A DNA stretch of 64,000 bases from the NCBI GenBank assembly GCA_023250155.1, contig JAHFBG010000006.1, positions 78,963-142,962 of the forward strand, in the 5' to 3' direction. The stretch is from Candidatus Melainabacteria bacterium. Its GTDB lineage: Bacteria > Cyanobacteriota > Vampirovibrionia > 2-02-FULL-35-15. The position numbers and the translations under genes are program-made. The notes under the pieces are model-generated. The model was not told the origin of the DNA. It searched no databases and saw nothing but the letters and a program-made list of their open reading frames with translations. Of this stretch, positions 41,770-51,135 are shown piece after piece (position 1 is the first letter of the stretch; each line of letters opens with the position of its first letter).

Positions 41770-42591
41770 ATGAATACACCAATATGTTTGTTTGACTCTG
41801 GGATTGGCGGCCTTACTGTCTTAAAGAAGCTCATTAATAAATTTCCAAATCAAAATTATATTTATTTAGCCGATCTGGCAAGAGTACCTTTTGGGGATAA
41901 AACTAAAGAAGAAATAAAATTGATTGTCGGTGAAATCATTGAGTGGCTCACTAAATTTGGTCCAGAAACTATAATAATGGCATGCAATACGAGCTCAGCT
42001 ATTAGTAATAGGATTGAGCTATTAGGATTGAGGAATGAGCAGAACCAACCCAATCCTCAATCCTCAATCCTCAATCCTATATACGGCATGATTGAAAGCT
42101 GTGCTAAAGAAATTGCAAAGTCAAACTACAAGAAGGTTTCCGTATGGGCTACAAAATTAGTCATTGAATCTAATAGTTATAAAAAATCAATTCAAAAATA
42201 CAATCCAAATATCATAGTGGAAGAAATAGCCTGTCCTAAGCTAGTCCCTATGATTGAAGATTTAAGTTTTACAATTAGTGAAAGAAATAAAATAATTAGT
42301 GAATATTTAAATCAAACTTCAAAAGATACAGAAGCATTAATATTAGGATGCACTCATTATCCATTAATTGCTGAAGATATTTCAAGTTTAGCTAATCTGA
42401 AAACGATAGATCCTACAGATAGCTTGCTTAAAGAGTTAGAGCAAAAAATAACAAACAATGATTCAAGTGCAAGTTCAGAAATTTCTCTCTATGCAACAGC
42501 ACAAATTGAAAAATTGGAGAGGTTTGCAAAAATTTATCTTGGTGGTGATTTTCAAACTAGTTTGGTAACGCTGAGTAAAGCTTCTGTTTAA
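41770..42591 (+). CDS. murI: Glutamate racemase
   Basis: FDSGIGGLTV, ACNTSSA and GCTHYP motifs. ATG at 41770 avoids overlap with amiC (the track start is 41743). Carries an in-frame repeat insertion. Confidence 0.85.
   Translation: MNTPICLFDSGIGGLTVLKKLINKFPNQNYIYLADLARVPFGDKTKEEIKLIVGEIIEWLTKFGPETIIMACNTSSAISNRIELLGLRNEQNQPNPQSSILNPIYGMIESCAKEIAKSNYKKVSVWATKLVIESNSYKKSIQKYNPNIIVEEIACPKLVPMIEDLSFTISERNKIISEYLNQTSKDTEALILGCTHYPLIAEDISSLANLKTIDPTDSLLKELEQKITNNDSSASSEISLYATAQIEKLERFAKIYLGGDFQTSLVTLSKASV
42024..42078 (+). repeat. Heptamer tandem repeat (CAATCCT x4, 42051-42078) with upstream complementary arm AGGATTGAGG, inside murI
   Basis: Four exact head-to-tail heptamers. AGGATTGAGG at 42024-42033 is the reverse complement of CCTCAATCCT. 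Confidence 0.85.
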
Positions 42592-42593
42592 TA

Positions 42594-42767
42594 CTACTCA
42601 CTACAAAATGGAAAAAACACTTTGTGAGTTAGTGTTTTAGGCTCTTCTTGTGGTGGTGTTTGTGATTTAGATTTTTCATCAGTTATAGGTTCTGGATGCT
42701 CATAGTATTCTGAACTATTAAACAATGGCCTTTTTTGAAAATTGGAATCTTGTATATTGACTTGCAT
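42594..42767 (-). CDS. Possible 57-aa protein
   Basis: ATG preceded by AAGGAGAAAACC. Translation MQVNIQDSNFQKRPLF...KVFFPFCSE. Below the track cutoff and no homology recognised. Confidence 0.35.
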   Translation of the reverse strand: MQVNIQDSNFQKRPLFNSSEYYEHPEPITDEKSKSQTPPQEEPKTLTHKVFFPFCSE

Positions 42768-42884
42768 GGTTTTCTCCTTAAATCTTAGAATCCACTTTAA
42801 TACTTTAACCTATTATTAATTTTATAGGGTTAACATTAAAAATGATACTATGTATGGTACTAGTGTGGTATAAGATATAGTGTC

Positions 42885-43133
42885 ATGAATATAGATGAGT
42901 TCTTTGAAAACATTAAGGAAAGAAGAACTCACATATCTGTAAATGAACTAGTTAAATTGCTTATAGGTTTTGGTTTTATTTTAAGGAGGACATCTAAAAA
43001 TCACTATATTGCTCAATACAAAAATAAAATTATAACTTTTGCACCACCGCATCCAGGAAAACATGTAAAAAAGCCATATATAAATGAGGTGATAAAAACA
43101 ATTGAAGAGATAAAGAAAGAAGGACTAGAATGA
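42885..43133 (+). CDS. hicA: HicA-like toxin
   Basis: 82 aa, LVKLLIGFGFILRRTSKNHY...PHPGKHVKKPYINEVIK resembles the YcfA/HicA pattern. Overlaps the hicB-like gene by 4 nt. Confidence 0.6.
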   Translation: MNIDEFFENIKERRTHISVNELVKLLIGFGFILRRTSKNHYIAQYKNKIITFAPPHPGKHVKKPYINEVIKTIEEIKKEGLE

Positions 43134-43567
43134 TGTCAAAAAAGAAAAAACAATTAAGCAGTAAAAAAGAATATGGCGATTTAATGAATATTCCATTAAT
43201 TAAACCTTCTAATGAGGCTAAGAAATATTTAGAACTACCTTATACCTACACGGTTGAACCTGAGAAAGATAATGATGGTAATTATTTCATAATTAAAATT
43301 AATGAATTGCCTGGATGTATATCTCATGGAAAGACCATTGAAGAAGCTTATGAAAATGTGAAGGATGCTATGCTTTGCTGGATAAGTGTGTGTCTTGAAT
43401 CTGGACACAAAGTCCCAACACCAGATGGCTATAGTGGAAAATTTTCAGTTCGTATTCCTACCACCCTCCACAAAGAGCTTGTAATAAGAGCAAGTAAAGA
43501 AGGAATTAGTTTAAACCAGTTAGCTACAACAGCCTTTGCAAAATTGATTGGGTATAGAAGTGTATAA
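43130..43567 (+). CDS. hicB: HicB-family antitoxin with C-terminal RHH-like DNA-binding tail
   Basis: YFIIKINELPGCISHGKTIEEAYENVKDAMLCWI (HicB/UPF0150 core) and FSVRIPTTLHKELVIRASKEGISLNQL (RHH-like). Confidence 0.75.
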   Translation: MMSKKKKQLSSKKEYGDLMNIPLIKPSNEAKKYLELPYTYTVEPEKDNDGNYFIIKINELPGCISHGKTIEEAYENVKDAMLCWISVCLESGHKVPTPDGYSGKFSVRIPTTLHKELVIRASKEGISLNQLATTAFAKLIGYRSV

Positions 43568-43568
43568 A

Positions 43569-44336
43569 TTATCTCCTAAAGCTATTCATAAACACACGTA
43601 GTCTAGATAATGGGTTATTCTTGTTTTCTTTTAAAAGCTTGATAATAGCACTTCCCACTATAACTCCATCTGCTCCATAAGATATTACTTTTGAAGCTTG
43701 CTTAGAATCACTTATTCCAAAACCAACAACAACAGGCTTTTTAGTAATTGATTTAAGCTCTTTGATTTTATTTTTTAATTCTTTTGATAGGTTATTTCTT
43801 GTTCCTGTTACACCTGTTACTGAAACTAGATAAATAAAGCCATTTGATAAGTGTGAGATTTGCTTTAATCGAATTTTATTTGTAGTAGGTGCACAAAGAA
43901 GAATTAGATTTAATTTGTAATTTTTAAATAATGGCAAATATTTTTTTGCCTCTTCAATAGGTAAATCAGGAATTATTAACCCATAAAAAAGTGGTTTTGG
44001 TAAATCTCTTAAAAGTTTTTCTAAGCCATATTGGAGTATAGGATTAAAATAAGAAAATAAAATTAAGGGTTTAATCTCTTGTTGTAGAGACTTTGCGTGC
44101 AAGGTCTTTATGCCATGGCATGTCTCTAAGATCCACTTTAAACTAACTCCATTTTCTAATGCAATTTTAGATGCTTCCTGAATAGTTGGCCCGTCGGCTA
44201 ATGGGTCTGAATAAGGTACTCCTACTTCAATAAAATCTGCACTTTCTGATAATGTCTTTAAAATAGGTACGAATAATTTTTTGTTTGGGAAACCTGCTGT
44301 TATGTATGGAATTAATAGAGATTTTTTATTATTCAT
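43569..44336 (-). CDS. trpA: Tryptophan synthase alpha chain
   Basis: LIPYITAGFP, IEVGVPYSDPLADGPTIQEA and GFGIS motifs. ATG at 44336 chosen over the upstream extension in the track. Confidence 0.85.
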   Translation of the reverse strand: MNNKKSLLIPYITAGFPNKKLFVPILKTLSESADFIEVGVPYSDPLADGPTIQEASKIALENGVSLKWILETCHGIKTLHAKSLQQEIKPLILFSYFNPILQYGLEKLLRDLPKPLFYGLIIPDLPIEEAKKYLPLFKNYKLNLILLCAPTTNKIRLKQISHLSNGFIYLVSVTGVTGTRNNLSKELKNKIKELKSITKKPVVVGFGISDSKQASKVISYGADGVIVGSAIIKLLKENKNNPLSRLRVFMNSFRR

Positions 44337-44373
44337 TAGAAGAATATTATAAACGTATGCTATAAATAAGCAT

Positions 44374-45831
44374 ATGTCAGCTGCCACACAAACAAAATAC
44401 GAAGTAGTAATCGGGCTTGAAGTCCATGCTCAATTAAAAACAAAAACAAAAATATTTTGCTCTTGTCCTGTAAATTTTGGTAATGATCCAAATATGAATG
44501 CTTGCCCTGTTTGTTTAGGTATGCCAGGAGTACTGCCAGTACTAAATAAACAAGTGGTTGCATATGCTATAAAAACAGGACTAGCATTGGGTTGTCAGAT
44601 TGCAAAACGTTGTAAGTTTGATCGCAAGCAATACTTCTACCCAGATTTACCAAAAAACTATCAAATCTCTCAATATGATGAACCTATTTGTTTAAATGGA
44701 TCTCTAGATATAAATGGTAAAAGAATTGCTATACAGCGCATACATATGGAAGAAGATGCTGGAAAGCTAGTCCATGCAGGGTCTGATAGATTGCATGGTT
44801 CTGACTATAGTCTTGTAGATTATAACCGCACAGGAACACCCCTTATTGAAATAGTTAGTATGCCTGATATGCGTTCTGCTGAAGAAGCCAGAGAATATGC
44901 ACAAACACTACGTGGCATACTTAGATATTTAGATGTATGTGATGGAAACTTAGAAGAAGGTTCCATGAGATGTGATGTGAATCTTAGCTTAAGACCTATT
45001 GGAAGTACTACATTTGGAACAAGAACTGAAACAAAAAATGTAAATAGTTTTAAATCACTTGTACGTGCAGTTGAGTCAGAGATTGAAAGACAAAGTGAGA
45101 TATTAGATAGTGGCGGAAGAATTGTTCAGGAAACAAGACTCTTTGATGAAAATACCGGAAAAACATTTTCTATGCGAAGTAAAGAAGAAGCACATGACTA
45201 TCGCTATTTCCCAGAACCAGATCTTGTACCGCTTGAGATATCACAAGCGTGGATAAAAGAAATTAAAGAAACTGTTCCAGAATTACCACATGAAAAGAAA
45301 ACCAGATACCAAGAAGAGTATGGTTTAAGTTTAGATGATACAAAGGTCTTAATTGATGATAAGAATATGGCAGAGTTTTATGAGGCTGTTGTAAGGCTGG
45401 GTGCTAATGCTAAAAAAGCAGCAAACTGGTTAATTGGTCCTATAACTGCATATCTTAAAGAAAATAAAACAGATATTATAGACTGTTGCATGACGCCAAA
45501 ACAACTTGTTGATTTATTGAAAGCTCTTGAAAATGGAATCGTTAATGACAATACTGCAAAAGCAGAAATACTAGAAGAAATTTTAGTAAACGGTACAGAA
45601 GTAGAAGAAATTATAAATAAAAAAGGACTATCACAAATCACTGATGAATCAGCTTTGAAAACTATAGTTAAAGAAATTATAGAGCAAAATCCTGAGCAAT
45701 TAAAACAGCTTAAAGAAGGAAAAGAAAAAGTACGTGGTTTTTTTGTAGGTCAAGCCATGAAAAAAACAAATGGCAAAGCAAGTCCTGCTATAGTAAATAA
45801 ACTAATTGATGAGTTTTTGAAATCATCGTAG
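44374..45831 (+). CDS. gatB: Asp-tRNA(Asn)/Glu-tRNA(Gln) amidotransferase subunit B
   Basis: YEVVIGLEVHAQL, CPVCLGMPG, QISQYDEPI, HMEEDAGK and a C-terminal GatB/YqeY domain. Confidence 0.9.
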   Translation: MSAATQTKYEVVIGLEVHAQLKTKTKIFCSCPVNFGNDPNMNACPVCLGMPGVLPVLNKQVVAYAIKTGLALGCQIAKRCKFDRKQYFYPDLPKNYQISQYDEPICLNGSLDINGKRIAIQRIHMEEDAGKLVHAGSDRLHGSDYSLVDYNRTGTPLIEIVSMPDMRSAEEAREYAQTLRGILRYLDVCDGNLEEGSMRCDVNLSLRPIGSTTFGTRTETKNVNSFKSLVRAVESEIERQSEILDSGGRIVQETRLFDENTGKTFSMRSKEEAHDYRYFPEPDLVPLEISQAWIKEIKETVPELPHEKKTRYQEEYGLSLDDTKVLIDDKNMAEFYEAVVRLGANAKKAANWLIGPITAYLKENKTDIIDCCMTPKQLVDLLKALENGIVNDNTAKAEILEEILVNGTEVEEIINKKGLSQITDESALKTIVKEIIEQNPEQLKQLKEGKEKVRGFFVGQAMKKTNGKASPAIVNKLIDEFLKSS

Positions 45832-45843
45832 GTACATAGCATG

Positions 45844-48228
45844 CTACGTACCTACTGTGGCTTCTTTCTTTTGTCTGTAAGGACTGTATAGATTTAATTC
45901 TTCTTCAGTAGGTTCTCTCTTATATTTGCATTCTTTACTATTTGAACAAGCTATTAAAGTACTTTTTGCAGTTTCTTTTAATGTCAATAAAGATTTACAT
46001 TCTGGACAGTGAATAGGAATGGGTCTTGCCCAGAATACAGAATTGCACTTAGTTGTAGACCACATTGAACAACCATAAAAGGTTTTTCCAAATCTAGATC
46101 TTTTTTCAATTACATCACCTTCGCAATTTTCTTTCGGACATTTTATACCAACAGTTTTAACTAGCGTCATCCTATGTTTGCAGTTATCATCTGTGCATTG
46201 TAGGTATTCACCATAAGGTCCATGTTTAATTATCATGCTGGTTTGACACTTAGGACACTTTTCGTCAGACTCTCTATCTTTTGGCATAGGAACGCCATCT
46301 TTTGAAAGATTTAAAACTGTTTTACATTCAGGATAATCCGAACATCCTAAAAACGGACCAAATCTTCCACCTTTGAGTAGCATTGGCTTTTCACATTTTG
46401 GACAATTATGATCAGACTTGATTTCAACTTTTTGTAAGTCTGTTTGTGCTTTTTTTAAAACCTCGCTAAAACCACCATAAAAATCAGCAAGCATCTTACT
46501 CCACTTTTGTTTGGCTTCTTCTACGTCATCTAAATTTGATTCCATTTCAGCAGTAAAGTCATAGTCTACATATCGTCCAAAATGATTTATAAGTAATTCA
46601 GTAACAATCTCTCCAAGCTTAGTAGGTGAAAGAGCTTTTTTGTCTAGTTTTTGTACATATTTTCTATCTAGAATAGTACTGATTGTACTTGCATAAGTAC
46701 TTGGTCTTCCAATTCCTAGCTCTTCAAGCTTTTTTACAAGACTTGCTTCATTGAATCTACTTGGAGGTTCAGTAAAATGTTGTTTAGGATTTATATTAAC
46801 TAAATTGGCTTTGTCATTTACTTTGAAATCGGGTAATGTGCTTAGTGTTTCACCAATAATTTCATTCTTTTCATTGTCACCATCATCTTTTTCTTCTTCT
46901 TCAATTACTTCATCGCCAGGTTCAAATGCTTTTAAAAATCCATCAAAAACAACTTTTGTAGCATTAGTATGTAACAAACCTTTTCCTGCTGTAATCTCAA
47001 CTGTAGTTATTAAAAGTTTAGTAGAAGCCATTTGGCTAGCTAAAAATCTCTCCCAAATCAATCTATAGATTTTATATTGATCTGAACTCAAATATTTTTT
47101 CATGGAGCCTGGAGTTCTAAAAACACTGGTTGGCCTGATAGCTTCGTGTGCATCCTGTACATTCTTTTTCTTAGATTTAAAAACTCGTGGTTCAGAAGGA
47201 TAATAATCATCCCCAAAATTTTTGAGAATATATTCTTTTGATTCATCCTGGGCTTCTTTTGAAATTCTTGTGCTGTCAGTTCTCATATATGTAATAAGAC
47301 CAACAGGACCTTCTTCACCAATTTCTACCCCTTCATAAAGCTCTTGAGCTATTTTCATTACTTTTTTTACAGCATAACCAAATACATTTGCTCCTGATCT
47401 TTGAAGTGTACTTGTAATAAATGGCGGAAATGGATTTTTTTGGATTTGTTTTGTATCAATATCTGTAACGATATACTTTTCTTTTTTTAGTTCATTTGTA
47501 ATTTTGTCAACAGCTTCTTGTTCTTTGATGATTAAAGTAGATTTTGTTTCTTTGCTCTTTGGGCTTATAATAGTTTTCCCATCCCATTTATACAAATTTG
47601 CTACAAATGAAATTTTTCCTTTTTCAAGGTCGACATGAACTGACCAATATTCTTCTTTTGTGAAAGCATTTATTTCTTTTTCTCTCTCAACTACAAGTCT
47701 TAAAGCTACACTTTGTACTCGTCCAGCAGATCTACCTCCCACCTTTCTCCATAATAAAGGGCTTATTTTATAACCTACTAATCGATCTAAAATTCTTCTG
47801 GCTTGTTGTGCATCAACTAAATCCTTGTTTATTTTTCTTGGATGTTTGATTGCATTTTTAATAGCATCTTTTGTGATTTCATTACATTCAATTCTTACAG
47901 TTTTGTCAGGTTTACCTAATATTTCTGATAAGTGCCAAGCAATGGCTTCACCTTCACGATCAGGATCTGGGGCTAAGTAAATTTTGGTTACTTTTTTTGC
48001 AAGCTCTTTTAGTTCTTTTACAATTTTTGCTTTATCTTCTAAGACTTCATAGACAGGTTCAAAATTGTTCTTAACATCGATTCCCAAGCCTTTTGCAGGG
48101 AGATCTCTTACATGTCCAACACTTGCTCTTACAAAAAAATCCTTACCAAGAAATTTACTAATGGTTTTTACTTTTCCTGGTGACTCAACAATGACTAATG
48201 ACTTTCCAGATTTTTGTTGTGTTGCCAT
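45844..48228 (-). CDS. topA: DNA topoisomerase I with C-terminal zinc-ribbon repeats
   Basis: Toprim LVIVESPGKVKTI, DPDREGE, active-site region ITYMRTDS, and several C4 ribbons (CPKCEKPMLLKGGRFGPFLGCSDYPEC). Confidence 0.9.
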   Translation of the reverse strand: MATQQKSGKSLVIVESPGKVKTISKFLGKDFFVRASVGHVRDLPAKGLGIDVKNNFEPVYEVLEDKAKIVKELKELAKKVTKIYLAPDPDREGEAIAWHLSEILGKPDKTVRIECNEITKDAIKNAIKHPRKINKDLVDAQQARRILDRLVGYKISPLLWRKVGGRSAGRVQSVALRLVVEREKEINAFTKEEYWSVHVDLEKGKISFVANLYKWDGKTIISPKSKETKSTLIIKEQEAVDKITNELKKEKYIVTDIDTKQIQKNPFPPFITSTLQRSGANVFGYAVKKVMKIAQELYEGVEIGEEGPVGLITYMRTDSTRISKEAQDESKEYILKNFGDDYYPSEPRVFKSKKKNVQDAHEAIRPTSVFRTPGSMKKYLSSDQYKIYRLIWERFLASQMASTKLLITTVEITAGKGLLHTNATKVVFDGFLKAFEPGDEVIEEEEKDDGDNEKNEIIGETLSTLPDFKVNDKANLVNINPKQHFTEPPSRFNEASLVKKLEELGIGRPSTYASTISTILDRKYVQKLDKKALSPTKLGEIVTELLINHFGRYVDYDFTAEMESNLDDVEEAKQKWSKMLADFYGGFSEVLKKAQTDLQKVEIKSDHNCPKCEKPMLLKGGRFGPFLGCSDYPECKTVLNLSKDGVPMPKDRESDEKCPKCQTSMIIKHGPYGEYLQCTDDNCKHRMTLVKTVGIKCPKENCEGDVIEKRSRFGKTFYGCSMWSTTKCNSVFWARPIPIHCPECKSLLTLKETAKSTLIACSNSKECKYKREPTEEELNLYSPYRQKKEATVGT

Positions 48229-48294
48229 ATTCAAATAAAATAGCACAAGTAGAACTATTTCTCATTAAAACAATACATAACCATAAGTTTTAGA

Positions 48295-49245
48295 CTACTC
48301 ATTGTTTGTAATTATGAAGGAACTTGTAGCGGTTTGATTTGCATTAGTCCAAATTACAGCTTCATTTTGATTAAAGTGGCCTAGAGGTTTAATTTCAGGT
48401 TTTAATAATACATTATATTTTTCATATGTTACTTCCTGTAGTTTTGTTATTAATTTACAAACTTCATGAGAAGTTGCATTTCCCAAATTAACAATAAAAT
48501 TTGCATGTACAGGTGAAACTTTAGCAGAACCCACAGTCCAGTTTTTTGCGCCAATTGAATCAAGTATTTTGCCTGCAGGCATATTAATTTCAATTGGATT
48601 TCTGAAAGTACACCCTGCGCTTGGATCCTTAATAGGTTGAGTTTTACATCTTATTAAATTGTTTTCTTTCATTCTGCTTCGTATTGATGCATCGGTATCA
48701 GAGACCATCCTGAATTTTGCACCAAGCACAATATATTCTTGCGGATTCACAGATGAAAATCTATAACCAAAATGTATATCTTTTGGTGTAAGGGTTTCAA
48801 ATTTTAATGTCTTTAAATTTAAAACAGTAACAATTTCAAGTATTTGATTTGTGCTACTCCCATGGGCACCTGCATTCATTACTATGGCACCACCAACTGT
48901 TCCTGGAATACCTTCGTAAAATTCCATTCCTGAAAGGTTTAACTTTGCTGCATATGCTGATAATCTTGGGAGCCTAACTCCAGCACCTGCTATTAGTTGA
49001 TCTGGTCCAGGTTGTTCTATCCAGTTTAAACCCGTAGTGCAAATTACAGTTCCAGGAATATCATTTGAAGAAATAAGCACATTTGAACCACCGCCAAGAA
49101 TTGACCAAGGTTCATTTTGTGAAATGAGTTTGTCTATTAGATCTCCAAGCTCGTTGATTGAAGCTGGAAAACAAATTCTATCTACTACTCCACCTATTCT
49201 TAGAGTGGTGAATTGTGAGAGCTCAGCTTTTTCTATTATTTTCAT
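48295..49245 (-). CDS. murB: UDP-N-acetylenolpyruvoylglucosamine reductase
   Basis: FTTLRIGG, GGGSN, GIPGTVGGA and AGCTFRNP motifs. Confidence 0.9.
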   Translation of the reverse strand: MKIIEKAELSQFTTLRIGGVVDRICFPASINELGDLIDKLISQNEPWSILGGGSNVLISSNDIPGTVICTTGLNWIEQPGPDQLIAGAGVRLPRLSAYAAKLNLSGMEFYEGIPGTVGGAIVMNAGAHGSSTNQILEIVTVLNLKTLKFETLTPKDIHFGYRFSSVNPQEYIVLGAKFRMVSDTDASIRSRMKENNLIRCKTQPIKDPSAGCTFRNPIEINMPAGKILDSIGAKNWTVGSAKVSPVHANFIVNLGNATSHEVCKLITKLQEVTYEKYNVLLKPEIKPLGHFNQNEAVIWTNANQTATSSFIITNNE

Positions 49246-49291
49246 TATTTATTAATTATAAGTCTTTTAACTTTGAATATCATGCTTCATG

Positions 49292-49367
49292 CCTCTTGTC
49301 TCTTGTCTCTTGTCTCTTGTCTCTTGTCTCTTGTCTCTTGTCTCTTGTCTCTTGTCTCTTGTCTCTT
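49292..49367. repeat. Heptanucleotide tandem repeat (CTCTTGT) x10 plus a partial unit
   Basis: Ten exact head-to-tail units at 49292-49361, then CTCTTC. Lies in the murC-murB intergenic spacer. Confidence 0.95.
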
Positions 49368-49428
49368 CCTTCTCTTTGTCCTTACTTCTATATTAATTGT
49401 TCCCACTATTTGAATCAAGGTCTCTATC

Positions 49429-50949
49429 CTAGGTAGCAAGTCTATCATATGAATTTGCTAAGATTGGGCCAAGGTTTGTTATGTCCCCAGCTCCCATAAT
49501 TAGTATAAAATCTCCATATTTTAAGTGCTTTTCTAATGTGGATGAAATCTGATTAATAGAGCCAGGTATATGTTTAACATTAGGTTTACTTATTTCATTA
49601 ACAAGTTCTTTACTTGAAATACCTTCAATAGGGGTTCCCCTGGCTATATAAACATCAGTTATAAATATATTGTCCTCTTCTTGACTAAGAACTTTTTTAA
49701 AATCGTTCCAGAGATCTTTAAGTCTTTGTGCTTGATGTGGCTGTATGACTATAAGCAATCGCTGTGGATTTAGTTCTTTTGTAGCTTTAATTGTGGCTTC
49801 AATTTCAGTAGGGTGGTGGGCATAGTCATCGACAATAGTAAGCTCCTTACTTGTTTTAATAAACTGAAATCTTCTTTTAACACCATTATAATTTTCTAAA
49901 GATGTCTTTATTTTTTGTGTGGATATATTCAGTGAATATCCTATAGCTATTGTGGCTAGGGCATTAAGAAGATTGTGCTGACCGGGTATTTTTAGCTTAA
50001 GTGAGAACTGGTATGTGCCTTTATAATGTATGTCCCAAATATTTTTCTCTTCATTATGCTTCCCACAAAAAACGTATTTATTTGGATTTGTAGATATTCC
50101 ATAAGTGATTAATTTTTCATTGTTCAAATCAAAATTATTTGTAATTAATTCTTTTGTAACTTTATCTTGAAAACAAACAATTAGACCATTGTTTACTAAG
50201 GCTTTTTTTGCAAATTCTAAAAAAGACTTTTTGATTTCTTCAAAATCTCCACCATAATTTTCCAGGTGATCTTTCTCTATATTAGTGATTACTCCAAGAT
50301 AAGGATTTCCCTTCAAAAAACTTTTATCACTTTCATCAGCCTCTACTATAAAGTACTCGCTATTCCCAATAATTACATTTTTATTTTTAGAAGTTAATAT
50401 ACCACCTAATATTGCAGTGGGATTAAAATCATTGTTTGCTAGAAGCTCAGTAATCATGGCACTTGTAGTGGTTTTTCCATGTGTGCCAGAAATGGCTATT
50501 AGTTTTTTTTCATTAGTAGCAATCTCTAACAAATCAGATCTATGCAAAAGTGTTTTTTTGTTTTCTTTAGACCATGTTAGCTCTTCATTTTCAGAAGAAA
50601 TAGCTGTAGAATAAATTACATAATCAGGATTAATATTTTCTATGTTCTTTTTATTATGTGGGGTCCATATATTTGTGAGTCCTTCGCTAATAAGCTCACT
50701 AACTAAAGAAGAATTTTCTTTATCTGAACCTGATATATCTGAACCATTAGACAAATAGTATCGAGCCAGTGCGCTCATTCCTATACCACCAATTCCTATA
50801 AAGTGAATTTTTTTTGATTTTAAATTTGAATTTGGTATTAGGGATGCCAATTGAGTTTTACTGTAGTGTTTTAAGCCACTTTGATATTCTAGACTTTTTA
50901 TGTGCTGCATTACGTAAATGAAGTACATTTTTTGCAGTGGCTCTATCAA
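49429..50949 (-). CDS. murC: UDP-N-acetylmuramate--L-alanine ligase (start codon uncertain)
   Basis: HFIGIGGIGMSALA, GTHGKTTTS and DDYAHHP motifs. All ATG starts (50949, 50928, 50910) overlap the 3-prime end of rpsT; TTG at 50850 would avoid overlap. Confidence 0.85.
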   Translation of the reverse strand: MIEPLQKMYFIYVMQHIKSLEYQSGLKHYSKTQLASLIPNSNLKSKKIHFIGIGGIGMSALARYYLSNGSDISGSDKENSSLVSELISEGLTNIWTPHNKKNIENINPDYVIYSTAISSENEELTWSKENKKTLLHRSDLLEIATNEKKLIAISGTHGKTTTSAMITELLANNDFNPTAILGGILTSKNKNVIIGNSEYFIVEADESDKSFLKGNPYLGVITNIEKDHLENYGGDFEEIKKSFLEFAKKALVNNGLIVCFQDKVTKELITNNFDLNNEKLITYGISTNPNKYVFCGKHNEEKNIWDIHYKGTYQFSLKLKIPGQHNLLNALATIAIGYSLNISTQKIKTSLENYNGVKRRFQFIKTSKELTIVDDYAHHPTEIEATIKATKELNPQRLLIVIQPHQAQRLKDLWNDFKKVLSQEEDNIFITDVYIARGTPIEGISSKELVNEISKPNVKHIPGSINQISSTLEKHLKYGDFILIMGAGDITNLGPILANSYDRLAT

Positions 50950-51121
50950 TTAATGCAAAAGTAACATCGGCAGTTTCTTTTGCTGCTTTGGTATCTTTTT
51001 TACTTACTAACTCAGATAATTTTTTTAATTGTGTTTTTATTTGAGATGTATATGTAAGGTTTCTTTGTCTGTTTCTTTCAGATGTTTTAACCCTTTTTAT
51101 TGCTGATTTAAGTCTTGGCAT
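50858..51121 (-). CDS. rpsT: 30S ribosomal protein S20
   Basis: MPRLKSAIKRVKTSERNRQRN is the typical S20 N-terminus. 87 aa, basic. Confidence 0.9.
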   Translation of the reverse strand: MPRLKSAIKRVKTSERNRQRNLTYTSQIKTQLKKLSELVSKKDTKAAKETADVTFALIDRATAKNVLHLRNAAHKKSRISKWLKTLQ

Positions 51122-51135
51122 ATTTATTTCCTTTG

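Noticed and set aside
43569-44336. trpA without an adjacent trpB as an anomaly.
   Set aside because: Split trp genes are common and trpB may lie elsewhere. Nothing in the sequence itself is unusual.
49292-49367. Checked whether any repeat array (heptamers, HEAT modules, 12-mers) could be a CRISPR array.
   Set aside because: Units are 7-12 bp with no spacers, or are coding repeats. No 25-40-bp direct repeats separated by unique spacers were seen, and no cas genes.
49215-49436. 73-aa ORF with repeated SCLLSLV.
   Set aside because: It is simply the (CTCTTGT)n heptamer array translated in frame, between murC and murB on the opposite strand. Not a gene.
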